In this document: piece after piece, positions 51,582-64,000 of the stretch
Position numbering within the stretch: the first letter of the stretch is position 1
How the letters are laid out: each line of letters opens with the position of its first letter
NCBI RefSeq assembly: GCF_018350175.1
Contig: NC_058368.1
Span: 59,956,001 to 60,020,000 of the forward strand
DNA: 64,000 bases
Reading direction: 5' to 3'
From: Felis catus
Taxonomy: Eukaryota
Translations under genes and position numbers: made by a program
The notes under the pieces: model-generated
Told to the model about the DNA's origin: nothing
Database searches by the model: none
What the model saw: the letters and a program-made list of their open reading frames with translations, nothing else

Positions 51582-51701
51582 AGGATGCCTGGGTGGCTCA
51601 GTCGGTTAAGCATCCAACTCTTGATTTTGGCTCAGTCGTGACTTCGTAGTTCAGTTGGAGCTCCATGTCAGGCTCTATGCTGACAATGCAGGCTACTTGA
51701 G

Positions 51702-51749
<48 letters not shown>

Positions 51750-51805
51750 TCTGCCCCCTGCCCTGCTTGCGTGCTCTCTCTCTCAAAATAAATAAATAAA
51801 CTTCA

Positions 51806-51840
<35 letters not shown>

Positions 51841-51843
51841 AAA
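51582..51843 (+). mobile_element. CanSINE with (CT)n and (TAAA)n
   Basis: ggatgcctgggtggctcagtcgg head; gaggctta flanks. Confidence 0.92.
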
Positions 51844-52072
51844 GAGAGGCTTACTAGAGGAAAAAAGATTTAAAAACATTGACAAAACAGTAGATTACTG
51901 TTGTGGTTAGACAATTAGAAAATTTGTTGTTGAAAGCTATATTACCTTATTTCATTAAAAATAGCCAACTGGTTTAGGTACTAAATACACAGAACAAGTA
52001 AATATAGAAAATATAATATCATATATGCTGATGTAAGAAAGGAATTATGAATAAGAATTAGGAATGGTTCTT

Positions 52073-52315
52073 GGGGTGCCTGGGTGACTCAGTTGGTTGA
52101 TTCCAACTCTTGATTTTGGTTCAAGTCATGATCCGATGTTCATGAGATTGAGCCCTGCATTGGGATCCATGATGGGCAGCATGGATTTTGCTTAAGGTTC
52201 TCTCTCTCTCTTCTTCTCTCTCTTTCCCTCTCTGCCCCTCACCCCCACTTGTGCACTCTCTCTCTCTCTCCTCTTAAAAAAACAAAAAGTAAAGATAAAT
52301 AAAATAATTTAAAAA
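52073..52315 (+). mobile_element. CanSINE
   Basis: ggggtgcctgggtgactcag head; aatg(g/a)ttctt flanks. Confidence 0.9.
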
Positions 52316-52499
52316 ATGATTCTTAATTTTTGTTTTACAGGTTATATATATACAAAAGATTGATTTTCCAAAATATCTCCAAATCCTAAAATTTCATGAT
52401 TTTGTTTAGTATATTAAATGAAAATATGTACATTTCAGTATTGATTTTTTTACAATGAACATTAGAATGGGGACCTTTTCTGGTTTAGCAAATTGACAT

Positions 52500-53690
52500 T
52501 GTTTAGTCCAATACCCACATTTAAGTTGCATAGATGATATGGAGATCTTCATACGTACAGGTATTAATCTCCTTTGTTGGTGGGAGCTGCCCAGACAGCA
52601 ATATTTGTTTTAATTAATCAGGGATACTCCTATGACTACTGGTCAAAGTGGTTTCCAAGAGCTGAAATTGTTGAGCAGGTCTTTGGGTCTTATCAGGGCT
52701 GAGTGACCAGCCTGCATGCACCCACAGTGTCTGTGACCCTATGTGGGGCCTGGTCAGCTTGCTTCTTAGACCAGTTTGAAGATGGCATTAATATAGAGGA
52801 TGGCAAGTATTCTGGGGGGTAATTTGGCTGGTTATGGATCTAACCCTACCACTGATGGCATATTGCAGGGAAATTAAAGTTTCCCTGAGGAAGTACAGTG
52901 AGGGTATGTTGCAGGCTATTCCGTGTGAATTAAAATTGGTCCTGATCTTCATCCTGCAAAGGGATTGAGGAGAAGGTATTAGCCACATCAATAGCAGTGT
53001 ACCAGACTTCCATGTTGGCTGCCATCACCTTGGTGACAGCAAAAATGTTGGACACAGAAAAGGCCAAGGTAGCCCACTCTTTAATCTGAGGTAGCCTCCT
53101 CAGGCTGCCTCAAGCTGTTAGCCTCCAGGCTCCCAAGGACCATCTTACAGGCAAGCTTGGACTATTAAGCTGTGACAGCGTCGCAGGTACCATGCCTGCC
53201 TGAAACAGGTCCTGTATCTTGCTGAGTCATGTCCTTTCTTCTGTCTGACATGCAGTTTTGCATTTATTAAAATAACTAGTCAGGGCTTGAGTAACTTAGG
53301 TAGTGGAACAGAGTGGATGCACCCACTTGTTATGGCACAAATTCTTGATTTTGAGAAAGCATATTCCTTGAGGAAGTGGTAATGTTCCGTATTACAAGCA
53401 GCCAAAATTTCAGCTACAGTGCTCTCAGTGGTGAGACCCATGATTACTGGCAACTGAAATGACTCACAGAGCCCATCCTAAATACATGCAAACCTGTCTG
53501 ACACGACTCACCAGGCTCCTCCCCCAACTATTCAATGCCATCAGTTTACCCCTACTCCTGCAAGGGACTGGGGTTATTGTCACTTGGGCACCAGTATCCA
53601 AGAGTCTCAGGAAAGTTTGAATTGTCTCCTTGTTTTCTTTCACCTTGACAGGGTTATGGGGCCATTGGTCCCAGTTGGGACCTGAATATA
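52500..53690 (-). mobile_element. pol: Decayed ERV-L-like internal region (protease and reverse transcriptase)
   Basis: Manual translation gives QTFLRLLDTGAQVTITP (DTG protease motif, 53590-53604) and WYTAIDVANTFSSIPLQDEDQDQF*FTRNSLQHTLTVLPQGNFNFPAICHQ (~53010-52850), then frameshifted ILYINAIF at the YIDD position. Boundaries approximate. Confidence 0.85.
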
Positions 53691-54096
53691 TTGACCTATT
53701 CTTTCCTTTTCTTTTTTGGTTTTAATGCCAGTGTAGTTAACATATGTTAAGTTCAGGTGTACAATAAAGTGATTCAACAATTCCATATATTACTCAGTGC
53801 TCCTGAAGATAGGTGTACTCTTAATCCCCTTCACCTATTCACTCCTTCCCCCCATTCCCCTCTCCTCTGGTAACTATATCTTTGTTCTCTATAGTTAAGT
53901 GTCTGTTTTTTAGTTTGTTTCTTTTTCCCCTTTGGTCATTTAAATTCCACATGACTAAAATCATATGGTATTTGTTTTCTCTGAATGACTTATTTCGCTT
54001 AGCATTATACTCTTTAGATCCATCTATGTTGTTGCAAACGGTAGGATTTCATTCTTTTTTACAGCCAAATAATATTCCATTGTGTATATGTGTGTG

Positions 54097-54097
54097 T

Positions 54098-54135
<38 letters not shown>
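54097..54135. repeat. (TCTA)n microsatellite
   Basis: Seen directly. Confidence 0.95.
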
Positions 54136-54186
54136 CATCCCACATCTTCCTTACTCATTCATCTATCAATGGACACTTGGGATGCT

Positions 54187-54393
54187 TTTATTTATTATTT
54201 TTTAAATGTTCCTTTGTTTTGGAGAGAAAGTAGGGGAGGGGCAGAGAAAGAGGGAGAGAGAGAACATCCCAAGCAGACTCCATGCTGTCAGTGCAGAGCC
54301 TGACATGGGGCTTGAACCCATGAACCATGAGATCATAACCTGATCCAAAATTAAGAGTTGGATGCTTAACTGAATAAGCTACCCAGGTGCCCT
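54187..54393 (-). mobile_element. CanSINE inside L1
   Basis: ...gctacccaggtgcccc head. Confidence 0.9.
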
Positions 54394-55423
54394 GCATGGA
54401 CTGATTTTATGATTTTGCTATTATAAATTATGTTGCAATAAACATAGAACTGCATATATCCTTTTGAATTATTGTTATTGAATTCTTTAGATAAATACCC
54501 AGTAGTGCAATTACTGGATGATATTGTAGTTCTATTTTCAATTTTTGAAGAATCTCCATACTGTCTTCCACAGTGGCTGCACAAGTTTTCATTCCCACTA
54601 ACAGTGAACAAGGGTTCCTTTTTCTCCACTTCCTCACAACACTTTTTTGTGTATTTTTGATTTTAGGCATTCCGACAGGTGTGAGGTGATGTCTCATTGT
54701 GGTTTCAATTCATAGCAATCTTGAAAAAGAGAAACAAAACTGGAGGTATCATAATTCCAGATCCTAAGTCATATTACAAAGCTGTAGTCATCAAAACAGA
54801 ATGGCACTGGCATAAAACTAGACACATGGAATAGAATAGAGAGCCCAGAAATAAACCCATGATTGTATGGTCAATTAATCTTCAACCAAGGAGGCAAGAA
54901 TATACAGTGGGAAAAAGACAGGCTCTTCAACAATATACAAAAGAAAACTGGAGAACAATATGCAAAAGTATGAGACTGGACCACTTTCTTACGCAATATA
55001 TATAAAAAACTCAAATGGATTAAGGACCTAAATGTGAGACCTGAAACCATAAAAATCCTAGAGGAGAACATAGGCAGTAATTTTTCTGATAATTTGATCC
55101 ATTCTTAATTGCTCTTTCTGAAGGGTGTGAGTTTGGAGTCCATGTGAAGAGGATCCTCCTCCTTTTCTGACTCATCGGTCTCACAGTTGGAAACGTCATC
55201 ATTGTGTTAGCAATAATAGTCAGGGTGATCATTTTCCTGTTTCCCCAGTGCTCACTAATACCTGCTATTACCCAACATTCTAAATTCTGCCAAAATGGTG
55301 TCTCATTGACATTTTGCTAATTATAGTGACTTTGGAATCTTCTTACTCTTGTTAGGAATCTAGACATTTGCTTAGTCTATTGACTATTCTTAACTTTTAT
55401 TCATTTTCTTATTTTTCCATTTT

Positions 55424-55660
55424 TTTAAATTTTATTTTATTTTTTTTTAATTATTTTTTTAACGTTTATTTATTTTTGAGACAGAGAGAGACAGAGCATG
55501 AACGGGGGAGGGTCAGAGAGAGGGAGACACAGAATCTGAAACAGGCTCCAGGCTCTGAGCTGTCAGCACAGAGCCTGACAAGGGGCTCGAACTCACAGAC
55601 CGCGAGATAATGACCTGAGCTGAAGTTGGCCGCTTAACTGACTGAGCCACCCAGGCGCCC
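55424..55660 (-). mobile_element. CanSINE
   Basis: Flanked by ctatttttccatttt direct repeats. Confidence 0.94.
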
Positions 55661-55943
55661 CTATTTTTCCATTTTAAAATTTGTTTACACTCAAGGATTT
55701 CTTTTCAGTTTTAGACATCACAAATATGTTCTTCTATATTGTTATCTATCTGATAATTTTGCCTAAAACCTCCTTTACTGAAAATAAATCTTTTTATTTA
55801 TTGTAATCAAATGTATCAAATTTAGTTTACAAATTGTGTTTTGAGGTATTAGTTGAGATGTTCTTCCACATCTCCTGACCACAAAGATATTCATGCACAT
55901 TTTCATGCATCAGGTTTGTTTTGCCTTTTACATTCAGTTTTTT

Positions 55944-56122
55944 GGGGCACCTGGGTAACTCGGTTAAGTGTCTGATTCTCAGTTTCAGTCCAGGTCATGA
56001 TCTCGTGGTTGTGATATCAAGCCCCATGTAGGGTTATGCTGTGCATGAAGCCTGCTGGAGATTATCTCTTTCTCTGCCCTTTCCCTGCTCGTGCTCTCTC
56101 TCTCTCACTCTTTCTCTCAAAA

Positions 56123-56154
<32 letters not shown>

Positions 56155-56186
56155 AGAAAGAAAGGAAAAGAAAAGAAAAAAGAAAA
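55944..56186 (+). mobile_element. CanSINE with (GAAA)n tail
   Basis: ggggcacctggg head; tacattcagt flanks. Confidence 0.9.
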
Positions 56187-58594
56187 TACATTCAGTCCTT
56201 TACTGAATATAGACTTAATATTTCAAAATAAGATAGGAATTCAACTTAATTTTTTCTCCACAAATTAATTGCATCTTCTCAATCTTGTCTACTGAAGTAT
56301 TCTTGCTTGACTTATTTGCAATGCCAACTTTTCTTTTCCTTCCTAAATTTCTATGTCTAAATGGGTCTGTTTCTGAGCTTTGTATTTAATCACATTCGAT
56401 TTTTGTTTGTTTCTGTACCAGTACCACACTTAACATTTTCCATTATAGTATGCTTTCGTATATGGTTGGCTATCGTTTCTTTCTCAACTTGATTTGACTT
56501 GTACCTAATATGTTGTCTTCCATATACATTTTAAAATCTATTTGTTGATTTTCTCAAATGTTTCCTTGATTTTTATTGAAATATATTCTTGGTTTGTTTG
56601 GTTGTAAAAGCATCATATAACTTATCTTCTATATCATTGCTCATCTTTTGGCAGCTTGCTTTGTTATTTTCTGAAAGAAGAATATTAAAATCTCCACTGA
56701 TAATGGTTGATTTATTTATTATGCTCTATACTTTCGTCAGATAAGAATTCATTGTGGGGCACCTATATTGATTATTGCTTTATCTTCTTGATGTGCTGCT
56801 TCCCGTACTAATATATAGCTTCTTTATTTGTCCCTTATATTATCTATCTTTTAAAATATATTTTCTTTGACACTGAATTTGCTATAATTGATATATTTTA
56901 TTGGAAATTTGACATTTATTTAGATTATGATAAAATTTCTTATCCAAATCAGGTTATCTATGAATAAAAAATATCTTAAGCTGAGTAAAATTTAAAAATA
57001 GGTATTGGTTTAATGACACATTAATTTACCTTATATTAAGAAAATTTTATCTTTTTGTAGTTATACATCGTTATTTTTGTTTAAACATATTTGACTCTTA
57101 CCATAGAAAGGATAGGCAACTGGCATTCATTGTTTCATAAATATTCATATCAGTTTTCCTATATTTTATATGATTTGAGTTTTAAATATTTATTTATTAA
57201 AGTCAGGAACATATTTTGTTTTACATTTTAAGGAACTAAATTTAATTATTATATTCATAAACTAACCAGTGAAAAATAGTTCACTATCATTGATTTATGA
57301 TTATCCATTTTTCAGATAGCAGTTGTTTGGAGAAAGAAGTTTCTATTTCTGGACTATTTCCTCAATGATTTCTTTTTCTCTTCTTTTGCTAATAAAACAC
57401 TATAAGAATTGTAGGTCTTTCCAATGATTTAATGTCTTATTACTTTTCCTTTTTAGACTTTTATCTGAGAATCTTATCTATTTATTCATCCAGATATATT
57501 GATATGGTAAAAAAGATAGAGACATAATTATTTTATTTAGAGAAATAATCTCTATGGTCTATTCTCTTGTAGTATTAGAATTTTAATGCCCATCCATTCT
57601 ATTACTGTTCCTAGAAACATGCTTTATAGAATTTTTTAAGTTTAACTTTTGGAATAATGTTTTATTTTTTTCACAAAGAAGTCTTTTTCCTTTGATAAAA
57701 ACAATAAAATTTAATTCTTACCAAACTGCCATTATTTTAATGATTACAGCTTGCCCATATTTTTCCTACACACCTTTCCAGTTTCTGTATATCCTGGGAA
57801 AAAAATCACTTATAAAATTTACCCTTTTGAGAAACTTCAGGGAAATCAATTATTTTGTTCAACTTTTGCCCTACATCTTGATATCATCATTGAATTTCAA
57901 TAGGTTATACCTTCAAAGTATTAAAATAACCTCTGCAAACCTGAAATTATGTAAAATTTCAGGTAATAGCTGTAATTTTCTTTAGTGGGGCACAGTGAAA
58001 GTGAGTAAGCAATGCCCATAAACTATTGTGTGGTATTTGAATAAAAGTACAAAAATGAATTGCCATTTTCAGACATATTAAATATATCATTGTGATAAAT
58101 GCATAACCTTTTAAATCCAAGATAAAATTTACTTTCAATATTTGCATGTAAATTTGCTCTTAGTGAACAATGTTAACAATTTTGCTATACTCAAATTGTG
58201 ACTACATTAGCAGCTCAAGTTGTTGGTATACAATGGCAATATAGAAAAAATAATTAGTTGTATTTGGATCAGTCAGACTAATGTAGTCAAGTTTTTATTC
58301 TATGACTTATTTGCTATATATTTCAAACTAATTTTAATTATACTTATGTATTACTGAATGATCATCAACTATATGACTAGTCAATTAAATTTCCCCACAT
58401 AATCCTGTGTAATTAATGTCAGGCAGGAATCTCTACTGTTCACACATATGTTTACAATTTTTTAAGAATTTTAAATAAGAAATGAAAACTTTTTAAAAAT
58501 TTGTGGTGACAAACTATGTGTCAAGTACCTAGGAATAAAGACCTGAAAGCTAAATCTGCAAGTTGTTTTTTTTTTTAACAAGTTAGATACTTTT

Positions 58595-58704
58595 AAAAGA
58601 AAGTTATTTATTTTAGGTAGGCACCATACCCAAAGTGGGGTTTGAACTCACAACCTTGAGATCAAGAGTTGCAGACTCTCCTGACTGAGCCAGCCAGGCA
58701 TCCC
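58595..58704 (-). mobile_element. Short, older CanSINE fragment
   Basis: ggggtttgaactcacaaccttgagatcaagagt...ctgagccagccaggcatccc. Confidence 0.8.
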
Positions 58705-59519
58705 ATAAATTATGTACTTTCTGTCCACCAATTAAATAAGGCTATTCCCTCTCACTTTTGACTTTAATGCTAACATTTTGATAATGCCTTACTTGTGTAT
58801 AGTCCTAGCCTATTATTTTTATAAATAAGAAAAAAAATCAACTAGAAGTTATTCCCTATTATCCAGTTGGACTATAATATATATCTGATTGTGGTGTGCA
58901 TTTTGACCTTCCTCTTCATCTAAGAGTATGAATTAAAAGCTAGGATATTTAAAAGTGTGATCATGGAGAAAATGGCAGCCTGTGGGGTAGTTGTTGGCCA
59001 CACTCGTTAATGTTTCAGAGTTATCGTGGCTCAAGCTGAAACTTGAGGTGTCTGTTCTCTCATTCTAAGATTCCTTCTCTTTGATTGAATGGAAAGACTT
59101 CTTTATATTTATACTTTAAAAATTGTTGAGATAATATACAAGAAAAATTTTAAATCAAGTATATACCTCAAAAATACTTCATTGGGTACATAGAAGTTCA
59201 CATTCAATTAATTTGAAACAGTATGTATTTGAATGGAGACTGTATAAAACAAGCAAAGCATTGAGATAAATGTAATGTTAAAGGTTGAAAATTAGTCCAA
59301 TTTGTTTTTTCCTATGTTACAAGTGTACCATAACTATCATCTTTCAGCACAATGTGTATTGATTTCCATATAATATTATATTAAATTATTTCCTGCCTCC
59401 TAAAAAGTTGTTAGAAGTTAAAATTTGTGACAGTATTGCCATGGATCTTTTCTCATTTTATTTTCAATTTGTATAGAATATTAATTTTTATTTGTCTACC
59501 ATATATGTTTTAAATGTTA

Positions 59520-59730
59520 GTTTTATTTAAAAGTATTTTTAATGTTTATTTATTTTTGAGAGAGAGAGACAGAGCATGAGCAGGGGAGGGGCAGACAGAG
59601 AGGGAATCCTAATCAGGATCCAGAGCTCTGAGCTGTCAGCACAGAGCCTGACATGAGGCTCGAACTCATGAACCTCAATATCATGACCTGAGCCAAAGTT
59701 AGATGCTTAACTGAGCCACTCAGGTGCCCC
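59520..59730 (-). mobile_element. CanSINE
   Basis: ...gagccactcaggtgcccc head; ttaaatgtt flanks. Confidence 0.92.
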
Positions 59731-60807
59731 ATTAAATGTTTGTTTTATTTTTATTTTAAGTTTTTTAGTAAACCATATTTGACTGGCACTATCCAATATT
59801 GTATGTGCTTAGTCAATTCAAGGCAAAGGTCTATCTATATTTATATCTCTTTTGTTCTGTATAAAAATTTTGGAAGATGAAGAATCTTGATATTTTAAAG
59901 TAGGAGAATTCCATTAATTAAATTATATTCCACATTAGAAATGGGTAGGGGACGAAAAGATATCAAGGCAGGGAATAAAAAATTATAAATAAATTAAATT
60001 CAAAACGGTATCATGCAAATAAACAGTTGACAAAGTAACTATTTAGATAGAGCTGTATTGAAAGGAATGAAGGAAATTTTGGCCCAAATAAACAGAAATG
60101 TTAGGCAAAGCATTAGGTGAAACATAGGTGAAGCATTAATGTTAATGGAGTGTTAATCTATACTGCTACTGAAGTATATGTAAGTAATACATATGTATGT
60201 TTATCTGTATATTAATGTACAATATATACCTATAATACATATGTTTAGCAATTAACATAGCATATATTAAAATATAGAATATACTTAATACTGATACCCT
60301 GATAATGGCCAAAACAAGATTGTGATAACATACTGCAGTTCTAGGAGAGCAAAGTGAATGCCCACTCTCTTTTAGGTTCCTTGAAAGTTAAAGAGATCCT
60401 GTAAAACCATGGATAATGTACTTTCCCTGAAGGATCCTGCCTGTAAGTGATGAAGAGGATATCACAAGTCCAGTTACAGAACCAGTAAGCAGTACAGATT
60501 GCTTGGTATTAGGGATTTCTCTGAACCGTTATTTCACCTGTTAGATTTGTATAACCCATAGGGTTAGAACGCAAACTCATTGTTTTTTCCAAATGCCTGA
60601 TGGGAAAGCATGGCCCAACCCAGTTTGTGAGACACAGGTTTTAATTATAACACAACATAGATGACCTTAAACTCAGCTGACACTCTCCATTTCTCAAAAT
60701 TAAGAGCAACAGACTTATATCTTCAGCGTTTCTTACAAAGTGAAGGGGCTTTGCTCTGTTTCTTGACTAGAAGAAGTTTATCATGAGTTTAAGAGTGTTA
60801 TGACATT

Positions 60808-60930
60808 GGGATGCCCAGTCAGTTAAGTTATCTACCTCTCGATTCCAGCTCAAGTCATGATCTCACAGTGGGTGAGATTGAACCCTGTGTCAGTCTCTGG
60901 TCTCTATGCTGACAGCATGAATCTGCTTAG

Positions 60931-60986
<56 letters not shown>

Positions 60987-61044
60987 GTTTCTCCTCCACT
61001 CATGCTCCCTCTCTTTCTCAAAATAATAAACATTTTTTAAAAGA
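60808..61044 (+). mobile_element. CanSINE
   Basis: TSD aaga(g/a)tgttatgacat; (CT)n. Confidence 0.9.
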
Positions 61045-63735
61045 AAGAATGTTATGACATAATATTTACAAATATTTAACCTGTCATAATGTGGTTGGAA
61101 CTGAGAGAGCTAGTTTAAAATATCAACTCATGGTACCTCCTAGAATTGGAAGTTGCATTATTTTTGTGTCAGTATTAAAATAATTGTGAAATTCTTTCCT
61201 CATATCTGTGAACACTTACATTTCTACAGATACTTTTTATCACATGAAGACTATAGATTTTGACACTACATGAACTATCTTACAAATAAAGAGTTTACTG
61301 TTGTTAACAATGTGCCATCTTATTTTTAAAAATGTTAATGATAAAATAGAAGCTTTTTCATACAAATATATTCAAATAACAGCCAGTATCTCTCAGTACC
61401 TAGATATTTATTTCCATAATAGCTACTCAAACCTGTACTTTTTGAACGATACAAGTCCAAGCTGTCTTCAAATGTCTTCAAATTCACTGGAAAATGTCTT
61501 AAGAGTTTCCTCTGAGGATTGGATGCTAATTGTGTACATACTTTTATTTTTTACGAAATATGTCAACTCAGTGTCCATACAAAAATTAATGACGAACAAA
61601 ATGTAAAAATTAATTTATTGAAAATTTGGAACATTTATGAGGAAGGGTTTATATTAAAGCAAAGTGATGTTTTTCAAAAATTTTATAAAAATGTACTCCA
61701 TCCTATATCATATTCCTGACTTCTCACATCCACTCTTTTTTCAAGCTTAACCCCCAAATTGTTGTCTTCTATCATCGTAGTGAATTACTATGGATCCTAC
61801 TGGCTCTATAGTCTCACAACTTTATTTTCTATTTCATGCTCTCTACTCCGAATGCTTTCTAAAGCATTTTCTCAAAATATAATAACAATTCTCATGCTAG
61901 ATCTCCACATACTAATGGTTTTTACATTAAATATGGGATGGATAGAAGATAAATATCTATTACAATTACTTCTTGTCAAGATTCTACCCATTTTTATGTC
62001 TTGAGGCAATTTTTGCCTTCTTTATGAAGCAGACCTTGAAAATCTCAGTTAGAAATGCTGTTTTCTAACTTTTTAACTCCAACAAAACTTTGTATCACCA
62101 CATGTCCCTATATTTTATTAAGGTCATTTATATTTATTCCCTTCCCATGTCACAAATCCCATGAGGATTAAATCCATAATTTCCACCTCCCTTTTAGCCC
62201 TCCATCCCTGTATTTAATTATTCTAAGCACACAAACATGTCCTGAAAAATTATATATAAGGTATATATATATATCCGTGTTTAAAATGTAGGGAAAGAGG
62301 TGATTTTATATTGAAAATAATATAGGAGTCAGAGGTCATGAAAAGCGATGGCATTTTTGAGTGTAATCTTTGACAAGTTAAAGAATATGGGAAAGGCACT
62401 AAACTTCAGAGCCTCAACCCCTTCTAGAAAAGACAGAAAATAAATTTCTTTTTTAACTTTTTTTCAGAAAATAAATTTATATTAAATGTTGATATTTTCT
62501 GAAATAAAATTGTCAGAAATTGGCCTATAACATTTATATTGACAAAGCGCCCGTGAAAATACTTTTAGGGACCCAAGAGTATCTTGAATCCTTTATTCTG
62601 CTGAAATAAATTAACCAAAAATAATATGCTTTTAGGGTATTTTTGATGTGAAACATCCAACAATTCTCATGTCAGGAGGAGACTGAAAGAAGAATCAATA
62701 GGCATACATTAATTTGTACCAACATTTATCATACGCTCCTTTACATGAGTTTCTCTAATTAGAAACATATAGTTCCAGAAAGCATATTGGTGGACGTTGG
62801 TGTTTGATGATTTTCAAAAGATACAAAAGACACAATTTAGTAAATCTAACCCCTAGCATTCAAAGTCAAATAGAAAATCAGGGTAAAAGTAAAACAGAAA
62901 TCACAAAAATGTACTTAAGAACGTAAAGGACACAGTATTTTATTTTGTTGTGCAGATCATGCTATTAAATTCGGTTTTCTTGAAGCATTCAACTTTTCCC
63001 ATCCTTATATTTGTAAAATGCATCCCTCTCCAATTGTGTTTATAAAAACTGGTAGCAATGTGCTTGTACTACACTGATAACAGACACTCTTTGTGCTACG
63101 TTGATCTTTGCATTAAGTACCAATGCAGTTCATTTATATAAATGTGCTTCAAGGACCACTGATTCCCTTTACACACCCCATAAATGTCAAACCTTCCTTT
63201 GCTAGCAGAGGTGATGTTTTTATGCAGTGTCACTTCCATCCGCCCCATGGGGTAACTGATGCCTTTACTCCACAGCAGATACCCATTACAATTACTGTTG
63301 CCTAAGACAGTTGGTCCACTGCTGTTTCTCCACATTCCACTGCTGTGTCCTGTTGTGTGAAGTTGTGTCTCAGTGAGTGCCCGCAGCATTTCTCCCGCAT
63401 GTGTGCACCGGTGATTTTCCCTCCTCACCTCACCAGATCGCAGCTGTCATCCCGCTGTCATCTGTCTTCTGTGGATGTCTTCCCCAGTAGTGCTGTGTGA
63501 CACCAGGCATCGCCTCATTGCTTAGGATTTGGCTGAGATCCAGGAACTTGAATTTGGCAGTCCTTATGAATGAAAGCTTTTGCCAATGCACTTACTCATT
63601 GTAAGTATATTGAACTTTTACATGCAGGTCAGAGACAAATTTTATCCATGCCTGCATAAATGACTGCAAAGAAATTTAGTAAATTTACGGAGAATTTCAA
63701 CGTTAATTTAGACTGAGTAGGAAAATAAAGGAGCC

Positions 63736-64000
63736 TGTATTTGTCAGTGTTCTCCAGAGAAACAGAACCAATTAGTTCTATAAATAGTACCAATAAGGCA
63801 TCATATATATGATTCATATTAAGAAATTGCCTTACATGATTATGGAGGCAAGCAAGTACAAATCTGTAGTGTGAGCCAGCAGGTTTGAGATCCAAGAGAG
63901 TGGATGGTGCAAGATGAAGTCTGAAGGTAGCTTTCTAGAAAATTCCTTCTTGCTCGGGAGGCTTTTTGTTCTATTTAGGCCTTCAACTGATTGGATGAGG
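63736..64000 (-). mobile_element. MLT2-type (ERV-L) LTR, running off the window
   Basis: tgtatttgtcagtgttctccagagaaacagaacc and ggccttcaactgattggatgagg match recalled MLT2 hallmarks. Confidence 0.85.

Larger units (their letters stand above)
53700..55090 (-). mobile_element. 5'-inverted L1 (minus to ~54710, plus 54711-55090) with a SINE inside
   Basis: Minus-strand 3' UTR/ORF2 end ([13 protein letters not shown]), then plus-strand ORF2 (caatcttgaaaaagagaaacaaaactggaggtatc...). Possible decayed TSD ttgacctattctt / ttgatccattctt. Confidence 0.85.
55255..56900 (-). mobile_element. Ancient, heavily decayed L1 fragment with two SINEs inserted
   Basis: T-rich sequence with L1-like motifs (gggtctgtttctgagc, ctgtaccagtaccacac, tattaaaatctccact). 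Confidence 0.55.

Noticed and set aside
60447..60524. Box C (GTGATGA) to box D (CTGA) spacing resembling a C/D snoRNA
   Set aside because: No convincing terminal stem and no recognisable rRNA/snRNA guide; such motif pairs are expected by chance in 64 kb.
52500..64000. MLT2 LTR at 63736 as the 5' LTR of the ERV-L fossil
   Set aside because: About 10 kb of unrelated sequence lies between them, far more than a gag region.

Overview
AT-rich mammalian euchromatin from a felid (cat family), judged from the felid-type CanSINE (SINEC_Fc-like) and L1 3' UTR sequences. I can support no host protein-coding exon, and there are no rRNA, tRNA or CRISPR features. Almost all ORF-track entries are repeat-derived or chance ORFs. 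The window holds about 37 tRNA-derived CanSINEs, about a dozen L1 fragments, MaLR and MLT2 LTRs, Tigger-type DNA transposon fossils, MIRs and microsatellites. Highlights: (1) a TSD-flanked chimeric insertion at 34996-35625, in which a ~60-nt L1 3' end is joined to an inverted ~570-bp copy of sequence 34 kb upstream (974-1790), copied before a SINE landed in the donor; (2) a young 5'-complete L1 (40775-46347, minus, 19-bp TSD) nested in an older L1, with a large in-frame ORF1 deletion; (3) a decayed ERV-L-like protease/RT fossil (~52500-53690) missed by the ORF track; (4) a SINE with a tandemly amplified B-box region; (5) two 5'-inverted (twin-primed) L1s; (6) twin hairpins at 34315-34432. Repeat family names are from recall of consensus sequences, not a database search, and boundaries of old elements are approximate.
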